Below are positions 1 to 7,951 of a stretch of DNA of 64,000 nt, in pieces. How positions within the stretch are numbered: the first letter of the stretch is position 1; each line of letters opens with the position of its first letter. The notes beneath the pieces are model-generated. The model did no database searches. It was not told the DNA's origin and was given only the letters and a program-made list of their open reading frames with translations. Position numbers and translations under genes: made by a program. Source of the DNA: Candidatus Paceibacter sp. (GTDB lineage Bacteria > Patescibacteriota > Minisyncoccia > UBA6257 > 02-FULL-45-10c); NCBI GenBank assembly GCA_020724845.1, contig DYGE01000003.1, positions 1,377-65,376 on the forward strand, written 5' to 3'.

Positions 1-306
1 CTGGTTGATAAGGCCTTTTTTGCTGAAGAACGGAGCATTCCCCGGTCTCCCATCTTAATTAAGATAGATTCGGCAGCTGGCGGAAATGTGTCTTTGACCA
101 GGGTATTTATAGATGCCGAGAGATCAGCTGTTCTAGTAGCCGGAAGGGCCGGCGATCAATCAACTGCGGTTAACTTTAAGAACGCGCTTGTCGCGGAGGG
201 TTTTCAGAACGTTTCTTTGCCTCTTTCCGATATAGTGCTTAATCAGGATAGAACAGTCTCGTTTACGATCACCTTTAGCTTAGGAGAGCAGGGGACTGAT
301 TCCTAG
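1..306 (+). CDS. 3' end of a gene that starts upstream of the window. The frame is open from base 1 and the track ORF at 88 begins on an internal GTG. Hypothetical, weakly pilus-assembly-like (PilN/PilO).
   Basis: Frame 1 has no stop from nt 1 to 306. The C-terminal tail overlaps the pth stop by 27 nt. Confidence 0.35.
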   Translation: MVDKAFFAEERSIPRSPILIKIDSAAGGNVSLTRVFIDAERSAVLVAGRAGDQSTAVNFKNALVAEGFQNVSLPLSDIVLNQDRTVSFTITFSLGEQGTDS

Positions 307-807
307 CGCTTCTTCTGATTTCCGAAAAACCTCTTCCAATATTTTTTTGTCAGAGGCGCTGATTTTTTTAAGCACAAATTTCTCGGCTTTTTGTCGCGGA
401 ATGCCTTTTCGGGGCTTTGGCCTTATTCCTATGCGCAAGCGCCAGAAGTTCTTGGTGCCTAGCGCATTGATAATACTTTCAATGCCGTGGTGGCCGGCTG
501 CTCCGCGCCCGTATGACAGCTTGAAGTCTCCCAGGATAATATCGCTATCGTCGTGAACAACCAGTGTATTTTCTGATTTAATCCCGGCTTTCTTCAGCGC
601 CCTGGACACAAATCTTCCAGATTCATTCATGTAGACGTCGGTTTTTAAGCTTTTACCTGCCTGCCGGCGGGCAGGGCCTTTTAGCTGGAAGCTTTTAGTT
701 AAATAATCAACAAAGAGGTGGCCGACGTTGTGATAGGTGTTTTCGTACTTTTTATCAGGATTGCCGAGGCCGATGATTAGCTTGAACTCTGGCTTGCTTG
801 TTTCCAT
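280..807 (-). CDS. pth: Peptidyl-tRNA hydrolase
   Basis: KLIIGLGNPDKKYENTYHNVGHLFVDYL is the canonical Pth N-terminal signature. Length 175 aa. Confidence 0.9.
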   Translation of the reverse strand: METSKPEFKLIIGLGNPDKKYENTYHNVGHLFVDYLTKSFQLKGPARRQAGKSLKTDVYMNESGRFVSRALKKAGIKSENTLVVHDDSDIILGDFKLSYGRGAAGHHGIESIINALGTKNFWRLRIGIRPKPRKGIPRQKAEKFVLKKISASDKKILEEVFRKSEEALGISPLLS

Positions 808-848
808 ACTCTAATTGTAGTAAAATATCTCTATTGGTGTCCATTTTT

Positions 849-876
849 AGCGTATAGCGTATAGCGTATAGCGTAT
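849..876. repeat. Tandem heptamer repeat (AGCGTAT)x4 in the divergent pth/lepB promoter region
   Basis: Direct reading: agcgtat agcgtat agcgtat agcgtat. Confidence 0.8.
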
Positions 877-921
877 AGGTTTATCTAAATGCTTAACGCT
901 AATCGCTGAACGCTTTTATGA

Positions 922-1461
922 ATGAAATCGTTTTTATTAGCAATTTGGGAAGTTTTAGAAGTGGTTTTGATAGCGGTAGTTACGGTGTTTTTAATCCGCA
1001 CTTTTCTAATTCAGCCATTTTTGGTTAGCGGGGCTAGTATGGAGCCTAATTTTGGAAGCGGCAATTATTTGATTATTGATGAGCTAACTTATAGGCTTAG
1101 AGAGCCGGAGAGGGGTGAAGTTGTTGTTTTCAAGTATCCCAATAATCCGTCAACTTATTACATCAAAAGAATCGTAGGTTTGCCCGGGGAAAAGGTTGAA
1201 ATTAAAGAAGGATCCGTTTACATTTTTAATAGCGAGCATCCCGACGGCTTGAGGCTGGAAGAAGAATATCTGCCATTTAATGTAAATACTTCCGGCTCGG
1301 TATCCACCTCCTTAAGCGACAGCGAATATTTTGTTCTAGGTGATAATAGAAGCTACAGTTTTGATTCCAGAAGCTGGGGCAGTTTGCAGAAAAAGTATAT
1401 AATTGGTTTGGCAAGATTGCGGCTTCTACCGATTAACCAGGTTCAGGCATTTTCGTATTAG
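922..1461 (+). CDS. lepB: Signal peptidase I
   Basis: N-terminal TM segment, GASMEPNF (catalytic Ser box), YIKRIVGLPGE and VLGDNRSYSFDSRSWG boxes. Confidence 0.85.
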   Translation: MKSFLLAIWEVLEVVLIAVVTVFLIRTFLIQPFLVSGASMEPNFGSGNYLIIDELTYRLREPERGEVVVFKYPNNPSTYYIKRIVGLPGEKVEIKEGSVYIFNSEHPDGLRLEEEYLPFNVNTSGSVSTSLSDSEYFVLGDNRSYSFDSRSWGSLQKKYIIGLARLRLLPINQVQAFSY

Positions 1462-1516
1462 TGACCGCGAACAGCGCCCAAATAGTTTAAAGATCATTCG
1501 TATTATTAAATAAAAT

Positions 1517-2842
1517 TTGCTATATCGCGAATACTCTATGGCTAAAAAAATACAAAAAATCAAAAATTTGCGATCGCCCAGGGGGATGCACGACATTCTG
1601 CCTCAAGAACAGGATTGGTGGGATAAGGTTAGGAAGGAGGTGGACAACGTGGCTAATTACTACAATTTCAGCCGCATAGACACCCCGCTATTGGAATATT
1701 CTGATGTTTTTGAAAAATCTCTTGGCGAGACTTCAGATATAGTAGAAAAGCAGATGTTTGTATTGAGAAGCGGATCCGGAGATCGTTTGGTGCTTAGGCC
1801 GGAAGGCACGGCGGCGATTGTCCGCGCTTATATTCAACACGGCTTGAGCCATCTCGGCCAGCCGCTCAAGTTATTCTATTTAGGCCCGATGTTTAGAAAA
1901 GAACGTCCGCAGGCCGGACGCTTCAGGCAGTTCCACCAGGCTGGCTTTGAAATTATCGGCGGGCAGGACGATCCTATATATGACGCCCAGATTATTCTGG
2001 CTACTTTCAAGCTTTTAGAGCGTCTTAAAATAAGGAATTTATCTCTGCACATTAATAGCATCGGGTGCCGCGTCTGCCGGCCGAATTACCGCAAAAAATT
2101 GACCGAATATTATAAGCCGCTGTCCGCCAAGCTTTGCAAGGATTGCCGCCGCCGCGTCAAGCAGAATCCTTTGCGCCTTCTTGATTGCAAAGAGGAGTCT
2201 TGCCAGCCGTACAAAGCGGAGGCCCCGATTATATTGGACAGCCTTTGCGTAAATTGCAACCGGCACTTGAAGCATGTTTTGGAATTTCTGGAGGAGTTGG
2301 GGTTATCCTATAAACTGGATAACTATTTGGTTAGGGGTTTGGACTACTATAACAAGACAGTTTTTGAATTCTTCACTGAATCTGCTGATCAAGGTGGAAA
2401 GGCGTTCGATTTTGCTATTGCCAGCGGCGGTCGGTACGATTATCTGATGGACATGTTTGGCGCCAGGCAATCGGCCGCGGTCGGCAGCGCCGTGGGTCTG
2501 GAGAGGGTCATTGAGGTTATGAAGGGGACGGATGTCGGGCTTGGCCTAAGGAAAAAACCTAAAGCGTTTTTCATTCATATAGGAGATTTAGCAAAGAAGA
2601 GAAGCTTAACTTTAATTGAGGAATTGAGGAGCGCGGGGGTTGCAGTGCTGGAATCTTTAGGAAAAGATTCGCTGGCCGCGCAATTACGGTTGGCGAATAA
2701 AACCGGATCTGATTACGCGTTAATTTTCGGCCAGAAAGAAGCCTTTGAGGATTCAATCATTATCAGAGATCTAAAGAACAGCGTCCAGGAAACCGTGCCT
2801 CTCAAAAAGTTAGTGAATGAGGTTAAGAAGCGATTAAGATAG
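1517..2842 (+). CDS. hisS: Histidyl-tRNA synthetase (class II). The true start may be the MAKK methionine at about 1538.
   Basis: MHDILP, LRPEGTAAIVRAY, FRKERPQAGRFRQFHQ (motif 2), GGRYD (motif 3). Cys-rich insertion typical of HisS. Confidence 0.9.
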   Translation: MLYREYSMAKKIQKIKNLRSPRGMHDILPQEQDWWDKVRKEVDNVANYYNFSRIDTPLLEYSDVFEKSLGETSDIVEKQMFVLRSGSGDRLVLRPEGTAAIVRAYIQHGLSHLGQPLKLFYLGPMFRKERPQAGRFRQFHQAGFEIIGGQDDPIYDAQIILATFKLLERLKIRNLSLHINSIGCRVCRPNYRKKLTEYYKPLSAKLCKDCRRRVKQNPLRLLDCKEESCQPYKAEAPIILDSLCVNCNRHLKHVLEFLEELGLSYKLDNYLVRGLDYYNKTVFEFFTESADQGGKAFDFAIASGGRYDYLMDMFGARQSAAVGSAVGLERVIEVMKGTDVGLGLRKKPKAFFIHIGDLAKKRSLTLIEELRSAGVAVLESLGKDSLAAQLRLANKTGSDYALIFGQKEAFEDSIIIRDLKNSVQETVPLKKLVNEVKKRLR

Positions 2843-2921
2843 GGCGTAGATCGTAGTGCGTAGGGCGTATAAAAAAACAATATCATTCCTACGAACTACG
2901 GGCTACTGCCTACGAACTAAA

Positions 2922-3284
2922 GTGGATTGCATCTTTTGCAAAATAGCCAAAAAAGAGGTCTCCTCTAATGTTGTTTATGAGGATGATCAAGTGATGGCCT
3001 TTGAGGACATTAAACCGTCCGCGCCGGTGCATTATTTGATTGTTCCGAAGGAGCATATTCAGTCTATTGCTCATCTAGAAGGGAATCATCGCGACATTCT
3101 TTCTAAAATCATCTATGCCGCGAAAGATTTAGCGAATAAATTCGGATTAAAAGGGTACAAGCTGGTTTTTAATGTCGGCAAAGAGGGGGGTCAGGTTATT
3201 GACCACCTGCATCTTCATTTATTGGGAGGCTGGAATAACAAGAAAGATATTGAAGCGGTGCCGCATCCAGGCCTAGACAAATAG
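2922..3284 (+). CDS. HIT-family (histidine triad) nucleotide hydrolase, probably with a GTG start. The track ORF from 2856 is an upstream extension through the hisS terminator hairpin.
   Basis: CIFCKI near the N-terminus, then the DHLHLHLLGG histidine triad. Confidence 0.8.
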   Translation: MDCIFCKIAKKEVSSNVVYEDDQVMAFEDIKPSAPVHYLIVPKEHIQSIAHLEGNHRDILSKIIYAAKDLANKFGLKGYKLVFNVGKEGGQVIDHLHLHLLGGWNNKKDIEAVPHPGLDK

Positions 3285-3311
3285 ATATAATTTTGCAATA
3301 CTATAACGACT

Positions 3312-3521
3312 ATGCAGGTTAAAAGAAAAGAAGGGGAAACTATCGGTTCGCTTTTGTACCGATTCTCCAAAAAGGTAAGGCAAGGAGGTATTTTGCGCGA
3401 GGCTAGAAAGCGCCGTTTTCACGACCGTCCGCAGAATAAAAATAAGAGAAGGTTAGCCGCCATTTACAGGGAGGACAAGAAAAAGGAGGTTGCGCAAGCC
3501 AAAAAGATGGGCCTGCTTTAG
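3312..3521 (+). CDS. rpsU: 30S ribosomal protein S21
   Basis: Typical S21 sequence and size (69 aa): KRKEGE..LRRF..REARKRRFHDRP. Confidence 0.85.
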   Translation: MQVKRKEGETIGSLLYRFSKKVRQGGILREARKRRFHDRPQNKNKRRLAAIYREDKKKEVAQAKKMGLL

Positions 3522-3545
3522 ACTTTACGAACATACGAAAAGTCT

Positions 3546-3998
3546 ATGAAATTACAGGAGCAACTGACAAATGATCTTAAAGCAGCCATGAAAGCCGGCG
3601 AAGCTGTTAAAGTCGGTGTTTTAAGGATGCTTGGAGCGGCTTTGAAAAACAAGTCAATTGAGAACAAGAGCCAGGGCAAGCCGGAAGAGTTGGCTGATGA
3701 AGATATTCTTGGCGTTATTGGCAAAGAGGCTAAGAAACGAAAAGAGGCGGTAGAGGCGTTTGAGAAAGGCGGTCGTCCGGAAATGGCCGAAAACGAAAAA
3801 AAGGAGCTGGCTGTTTTAGATACTTATCTTCCTAAACAAATGAGCAGGGAAGAGGTGGCGGCCGCGGTAGAAAAGGTTTTGGTTGGCTTAGATGATAAAA
3901 GCAACCAAGGGCTGGTAATGAAAGCGGTGATGAGCGAACTCAAAGGCAAGGCTGACGGTAAAATGATAAGCGAGGTAGTAAGGGGAAAATTAGGTTAG
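3546..3998 (+). CDS. yqeY: GatB/YqeY-domain protein
   Basis: LKAAMKAG..VGVLRML..A.KNK..E..LDTYLPKQMS, and 150 aa, fit the YqeY family. Confidence 0.8.
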   Translation: MKLQEQLTNDLKAAMKAGEAVKVGVLRMLGAALKNKSIENKSQGKPEELADEDILGVIGKEAKKRKEAVEAFEKGGRPEMAENEKKELAVLDTYLPKQMSREEVAAAVEKVLVGLDDKSNQGLVMKAVMSELKGKADGKMISEVVRGKLG

Positions 3999-4023
3999 TT
4001 TATATAGGCACTTTATCTATTTG

Positions 4024-4070
4024 CCTACCGGCATCGGAGTTCGCTTGCTTTTACGGTAGGCGTTTTTTTA
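4024..4070 (+). terminator. Rho-independent terminator after yqeY
   Basis: GCCTACCG...CGGTAGGC stem followed by T7. Confidence 0.5.
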
Positions 4071-4132
4071 TTTGCTATTTAAATAAATTTTTGGTAGCCT
4101 CTTTTTAGATTCATCGACACAAGAGAAAAGAA

Positions 4133-4939
4133 ATGAGCCCTCAATCAGAAGGTCAAAGAATGAAAGAGCTTAAGTTTCGGAAAGAAAATCATCAAAGCAA
4201 CCATCTTCCAAAGGCGCTCATTTTAGGCGGTACTGATGGGTTGGGGAGGCAGCTGGCTTTAGAGGCGGCTAAAAATTCCCTTTGGCCGGTGGTCACTGGC
4301 CGGCGATCGGTGCTCGGCGATAAAGAGCTTAGGGAAATTTGCTCCGCAATCAGGTTAGATTTATCTAAAGATAAAAGCGTAAATGATGGATTAGCCATTT
4401 TAAGGCATTGGTTTCAAAGCGATGTTGGCTACGTTTTCTGGAATGCCGGCGTATTTCTGCGAAAGCCGATGCACAGTGTTTCTCCGGATGATATAGATAG
4501 AATGATCAATGTGCATCTGCGCGGGCCGATGAAATTCCTCCAAGGGTTCCATAAAATGCAGGAAAGACCATACCACTTGGTAGTGATTGCTTCCACTTCT
4601 TCGTGGCGAGTGCGAGTTGACGAAACGCTTTACTGCGCGCTCAAAGCGGCTAAAGCTGCTTTCGCGAGGAACTTCGCCAGAGAATTAGTTGGGGACCTGT
4701 TTAAATCCAAAGTTACTCTAGTTAACCCCGGCGGCATGAAAACGCCGAATTTTTGGGAACCGAGCGGACAGGATATCTCCGGCTACATGGATCCGAAAGA
4801 AGTTGCCGAGATTATTTGGCGCGAAGTCTTGCTTCAGAAAGATCGAGATGAACCATATCATGAGGTGCAGATTTTGAGAAATGAAGACGGATCTCCTCGG
4901 GTTGAATACGGCCCGAAACTTCCGGAACTTCCTTTCTAA
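4133..4939 (+). CDS. Short-chain dehydrogenase/reductase (SDR) family protein
   Basis: GGTDGLG (TGxxxGxG-type Rossmann motif) and a YCALK catalytic YxxxK. Confidence 0.65.
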   Translation: MSPQSEGQRMKELKFRKENHQSNHLPKALILGGTDGLGRQLALEAAKNSLWPVVTGRRSVLGDKELREICSAIRLDLSKDKSVNDGLAILRHWFQSDVGYVFWNAGVFLRKPMHSVSPDDIDRMINVHLRGPMKFLQGFHKMQERPYHLVVIASTSSWRVRVDETLYCALKAAKAAFARNFARELVGDLFKSKVTLVNPGGMKTPNFWEPSGQDISGYMDPKEVAEIIWREVLLQKDRDEPYHEVQILRNEDGSPRVEYGPKLPELPF

Positions 4940-4991
4940 GCGGCTTTCAAAGCCGTTTTTTTAATGCCTAAAATTGAGGTATAATTCCTAG

Positions 4992-5381
4992 ATGAAATTA
5001 GAAGTCATCGTTTTAGACAAAGGGGCAAAAGATTATAAAAAACATATTATTCAATCAGCCAGAAAACTTTCTGCCGCCTTGCGGCAGAAGGGAGGTGTTG
5101 AGGTTTATCTGATTGGCGGCAAGCGGATGCGCATGCTTAATAAACGTTTCCGCGGCAAGGATAGGTCCACTAATGTTCTTTCCTTCCAAAAACCGAAGGG
5201 TTTTCCAGGGGAAAAGCTGGGGGAGGTGTATTTGGACCCTAATTATATCAAGCGGCACAAAGAGGACCCTGACCTGATGCTGGTACACGGGGTTTTGCAC
5301 ATTTTAGGGTATGATCACGAAAAAAATAGTGATAGAATTAAGATGGAAGAATTAGAAAGTAAGCTTCTTAAAAGACTATGA
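4992..5381 (+). CDS. ybeY: rRNA maturation endoribonuclease YbeY
   Basis: HGVLHILGYDHE metal-binding motif. Length 129 aa. Confidence 0.85.
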   Translation: MKLEVIVLDKGAKDYKKHIIQSARKLSAALRQKGGVEVYLIGGKRMRMLNKRFRGKDRSTNVLSFQKPKGFPGEKLGEVYLDPNYIKRHKEDPDLMLVHGVLHILGYDHEKNSDRIKMEELESKLLKRL

Positions 5382-5448
5382 CGATGGCTAATGGCTATGA
5401 CAGTTAATATTTTGTCATCGTCATGGTTATAGTCATTGTAATAAATGC

Positions 5449-6678
5449 ATGGCTCAACAATATGTAACCGGTCTAGATATCGGCACTAATAGTTTAAAGG
5501 CGGTAATAGGCGAATTGAAAAACGACGGGCAGTTGTCCGTTTCTAAAATTTTAAAAACCCCTTCCGGCGGAATGCGAAAAGGGAGTATCGATGATCTTTC
5601 AGAGATGACCAGGTCTTTGAATGTGATGTTTGGCGATATTAAAAAAGTTTCCCGCAACGCCCTAAAAAACATATATCTCAATGTCGGAGGCGCCGATGTG
5701 CGCGTGCAGGCTTCCAAGGGCATTGTCGCGGTTTCCCGAGCGGATTATGAGATCCATCAGGATGACGTAGACAGGGCGGTGCAAGCTTCCCAAGCGATTA
5801 ATTTGCCGCCCAATCGAATGGTACTCCATTCAATCACTCGGGAATTCGTCGTTGACGGTGTAGGGGATATTCGGGATCCTCTTGGGATGATTGGCAATCG
5901 ATTGGAGGTAAACAGCTTGATCATTGACGCTTTCGCTCCGGCAGTCAAAAACCTTACTAAGTGCGTGGAAATGGCCGGGGCAACGGTTGGCGGACTTATT
6001 TTTACCCCGCTCGCCAACTCCAGGTCCATTCTTTCAAAAAATCAGAAAGACTTAGGCGTTGCGCTGATTGATGTCGGTTTCGGCACAACCAGCTTGTGCG
6101 TATACGAGGAAAACAAGCTTATTCATGCCGCGGTTTTTCCGGTTGGCTCCGGAAATATTACCAATGATTTAGCAATCGGATTAAAGACTTCTGTTGAAGC
6201 CGCAGAGGCAGTGAAGCTGACTTTTGGCTCCGCTTCTCCCAAAGGAATTTCCGGCCGTGAAAATGTGGATCTCAAAAAAATTGACCCGAATGTGCGCAAT
6301 AACGTTTCGCGCCGATTCATCGCGGACATTATTGAAGTTCGGCTTGCTGAAATCTTTGAATTTGTTAATAATGAGCTTAAGCTGATTGGAAAAGCCGATA
6401 AGCTTCCGGTTGGCGCCATCTTGGTTGGCGGAGGCTCTAAGATGCCTGGCTTGGTTGACCTTGCTAAGGCGGAACTCAACTTGCCTGCCCAGATTGGCAT
6501 TCCCAGCATGTCCTCTTTAGAAATGGCGAGCGGGGAGATGAGTCTTCAGGCGGAGGACCCTGAATTTGTTTGCGCCATTGGCTTGGCTCTTTGGGGGAGG
6601 GATAGGATGTTCGCCGATCAAGTTGGCGGCGGCTTCGGTTCCTGGGCTAAGAAACTTTTTAATAATCTATTACCATAA
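5449..6678 (+). CDS. ftsA: Cell division protein FtsA
   Basis: GLDIGTNSLKAVIGE actin-fold phosphate-1 motif and VGGGS phosphate-2-like motif. Immediately upstream of ftsZ. Confidence 0.85.
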   Translation: MAQQYVTGLDIGTNSLKAVIGELKNDGQLSVSKILKTPSGGMRKGSIDDLSEMTRSLNVMFGDIKKVSRNALKNIYLNVGGADVRVQASKGIVAVSRADYEIHQDDVDRAVQASQAINLPPNRMVLHSITREFVVDGVGDIRDPLGMIGNRLEVNSLIIDAFAPAVKNLTKCVEMAGATVGGLIFTPLANSRSILSKNQKDLGVALIDVGFGTTSLCVYEENKLIHAAVFPVGSGNITNDLAIGLKTSVEAAEAVKLTFGSASPKGISGRENVDLKKIDPNVRNNVSRRFIADIIEVRLAEIFEFVNNELKLIGKADKLPVGAILVGGGSKMPGLVDLAKAELNLPAQIGIPSMSSLEMASGEMSLQAEDPEFVCAIGLALWGRDRMFADQVGGGFGSWAKKLFNNLLP

Positions 6679-6682
6679 CTAT

Positions 6683-7849
6683 ATGGCAACAAAAAAACCG
6701 AACGAAGTATTCAAACACGAAAAAGCGAGAATCAAAGTAGTTGGCGTGGGCGGCGGCGGCGGTAATGCTATAAGCCGCATGAAAAGAGATCTTTTCAAAG
6801 GGATTGATTTTATCGCTATCAATACTGATACCCAGGACTTGGAGTTGTGCAATGCCGGCACAAAAATTCATATTGGTAAAAACTTGACTAAAGGATTAGG
6901 GACTGGCATGAACCCGGATCTTGGCAGGCAGGCCGCCGAGGAAACTAAGGCGGAAATTACTGACGCGATTAAAGGAGCGGACCTAGTGTTTATAACTGCC
7001 GGTCTTGGCGGCGGCACTGGTTCGGGCGCCTCTGGGGTTGTCGCGGAGGTTGCAAAAGAAAATGGCGCTCTGACGATTGCGGTGGTGACCAAGCCATTCT
7101 CTTTTGAGGGATCCCAGCGTGCCAGGATAGCCCAGGATGCTTTAATGAAGATGAAAGATAAGGTTGATACTTTAATTGTCATCCCGAACGACCGCATTTT
7201 CACGATTATTGAGAAAGACACTACTTTAGTAAAAGCTTTTGAAGCCGTTGACGACATCTTGCGTTATGCCATTCAGGGGATCGCGGAATTAATAACTATG
7301 CCGGGCATTGTGAATGTGGATTTCGCGGACGTGAAGGCGATTATGGAAAATGCCGGTACGGCTTTGGTGGGAATTGGAATTTCTTCCGGCCAGGAACGCT
7401 CCGTGGCTGCTGTCACCCAGGCGATTAATTCTCCTTTATTAGAAGCCTCAATAGAAGGGGCTAAGGGAGTTCTTTTTGGCGTTTCCGGATCAAAAGATTT
7501 GAAGATGATGGAAATTAACGATATAGCAAAGACTATTGCTGACGCGGTGGATCCTTCGGCAAAAATAATTTTCGGCGCTTACCATGATCGAAATATGAAG
7601 GCCGGACAGATAAAAGTTACTATCGTAGCAACCGGTTTCAGCGTGAATAGCGTGGCAGGCAAACAGTCGCCGGCTCCGATCTCCAGTCTTTTTAGCAGTC
7701 CGGTAGAGAAGAAGCCAGAGCCGCTGCTTATGAAAAAAGAGGAGGAGCGTTCGGATGAGGATCGGGTTGTGAAAGAAAGGCCGAAAACAGCAAAAAAATC
7801 CTCCGACGTCTGGGACATACCCACCTTCCTTAGAAAAAAGAAGAAATAA
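6683..7849 (+). CDS. ftsZ: Cell division GTPase FtsZ. The start is taken at the MATKK methionine. The track ORF from 6566 overlaps the ftsA end.
   Basis: GVGGGGGNAI tubulin signature, NTDTQ, GLGGGTGSG. C-terminal DIPTFLRKKK tail. Confidence 0.9.
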   Translation: MATKKPNEVFKHEKARIKVVGVGGGGGNAISRMKRDLFKGIDFIAINTDTQDLELCNAGTKIHIGKNLTKGLGTGMNPDLGRQAAEETKAEITDAIKGADLVFITAGLGGGTGSGASGVVAEVAKENGALTIAVVTKPFSFEGSQRARIAQDALMKMKDKVDTLIVIPNDRIFTIIEKDTTLVKAFEAVDDILRYAIQGIAELITMPGIVNVDFADVKAIMENAGTALVGIGISSGQERSVAAVTQAINSPLLEASIEGAKGVLFGVSGSKDLKMMEINDIAKTIADAVDPSAKIIFGAYHDRNMKAGQIKVTIVATGFSVNSVAGKQSPAPISSLFSSPVEKKPEPLLMKKEEERSDEDRVVKERPKTAKKSSDVWDIPTFLRKKKK

Positions 7850-7861
7850 GTATTTGTTTAT

Positions 7862-7892
7862 AAAACTCCCCATTTTTGGGGAGTTTTATTTT
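7862..7892 (+). terminator. Rho-independent terminator after ftsZ
   Basis: AAAACTCCCCATTTTTGGGGAGTTTTATTTT. Confidence 0.6.
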
Positions 7893-7951
7893 GCGACAGC
7901 AAAAAGTTATCCACATTGCCTAGTTAAGAGGCGAGGTAGTAAAATGAAGTT

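Noticed and set aside
88-306. 72-aa ORF called as a separate gene
   Set aside because: The frame is open from base 1. The ORF is the C-terminal tail of a gene beginning upstream of the window. The track start is an internal GTG.
849-876. Possible CRISPR array
   Set aside because: This is a 7-bp unit tandem repeat without spacers. It is far too short for CRISPR repeats. No cas genes are present and there are no repeat-spacer arrays anywhere in the window.
2856-2921. N-terminal extension of the HIT ORF (MRRAYKKT...)
   Set aside because: The extension runs through the hisS terminator hairpin and repeat region. The conserved HIT N-terminus (CIFCKI) begins at an in-frame GTG at 2922.
6566-6682. 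Extended ftsZ start overlapping ftsA
   Set aside because: The conserved FtsZ N-terminus begins at MATKK (6683). The upstream extension overlaps the ftsA C-terminus and has no SD.
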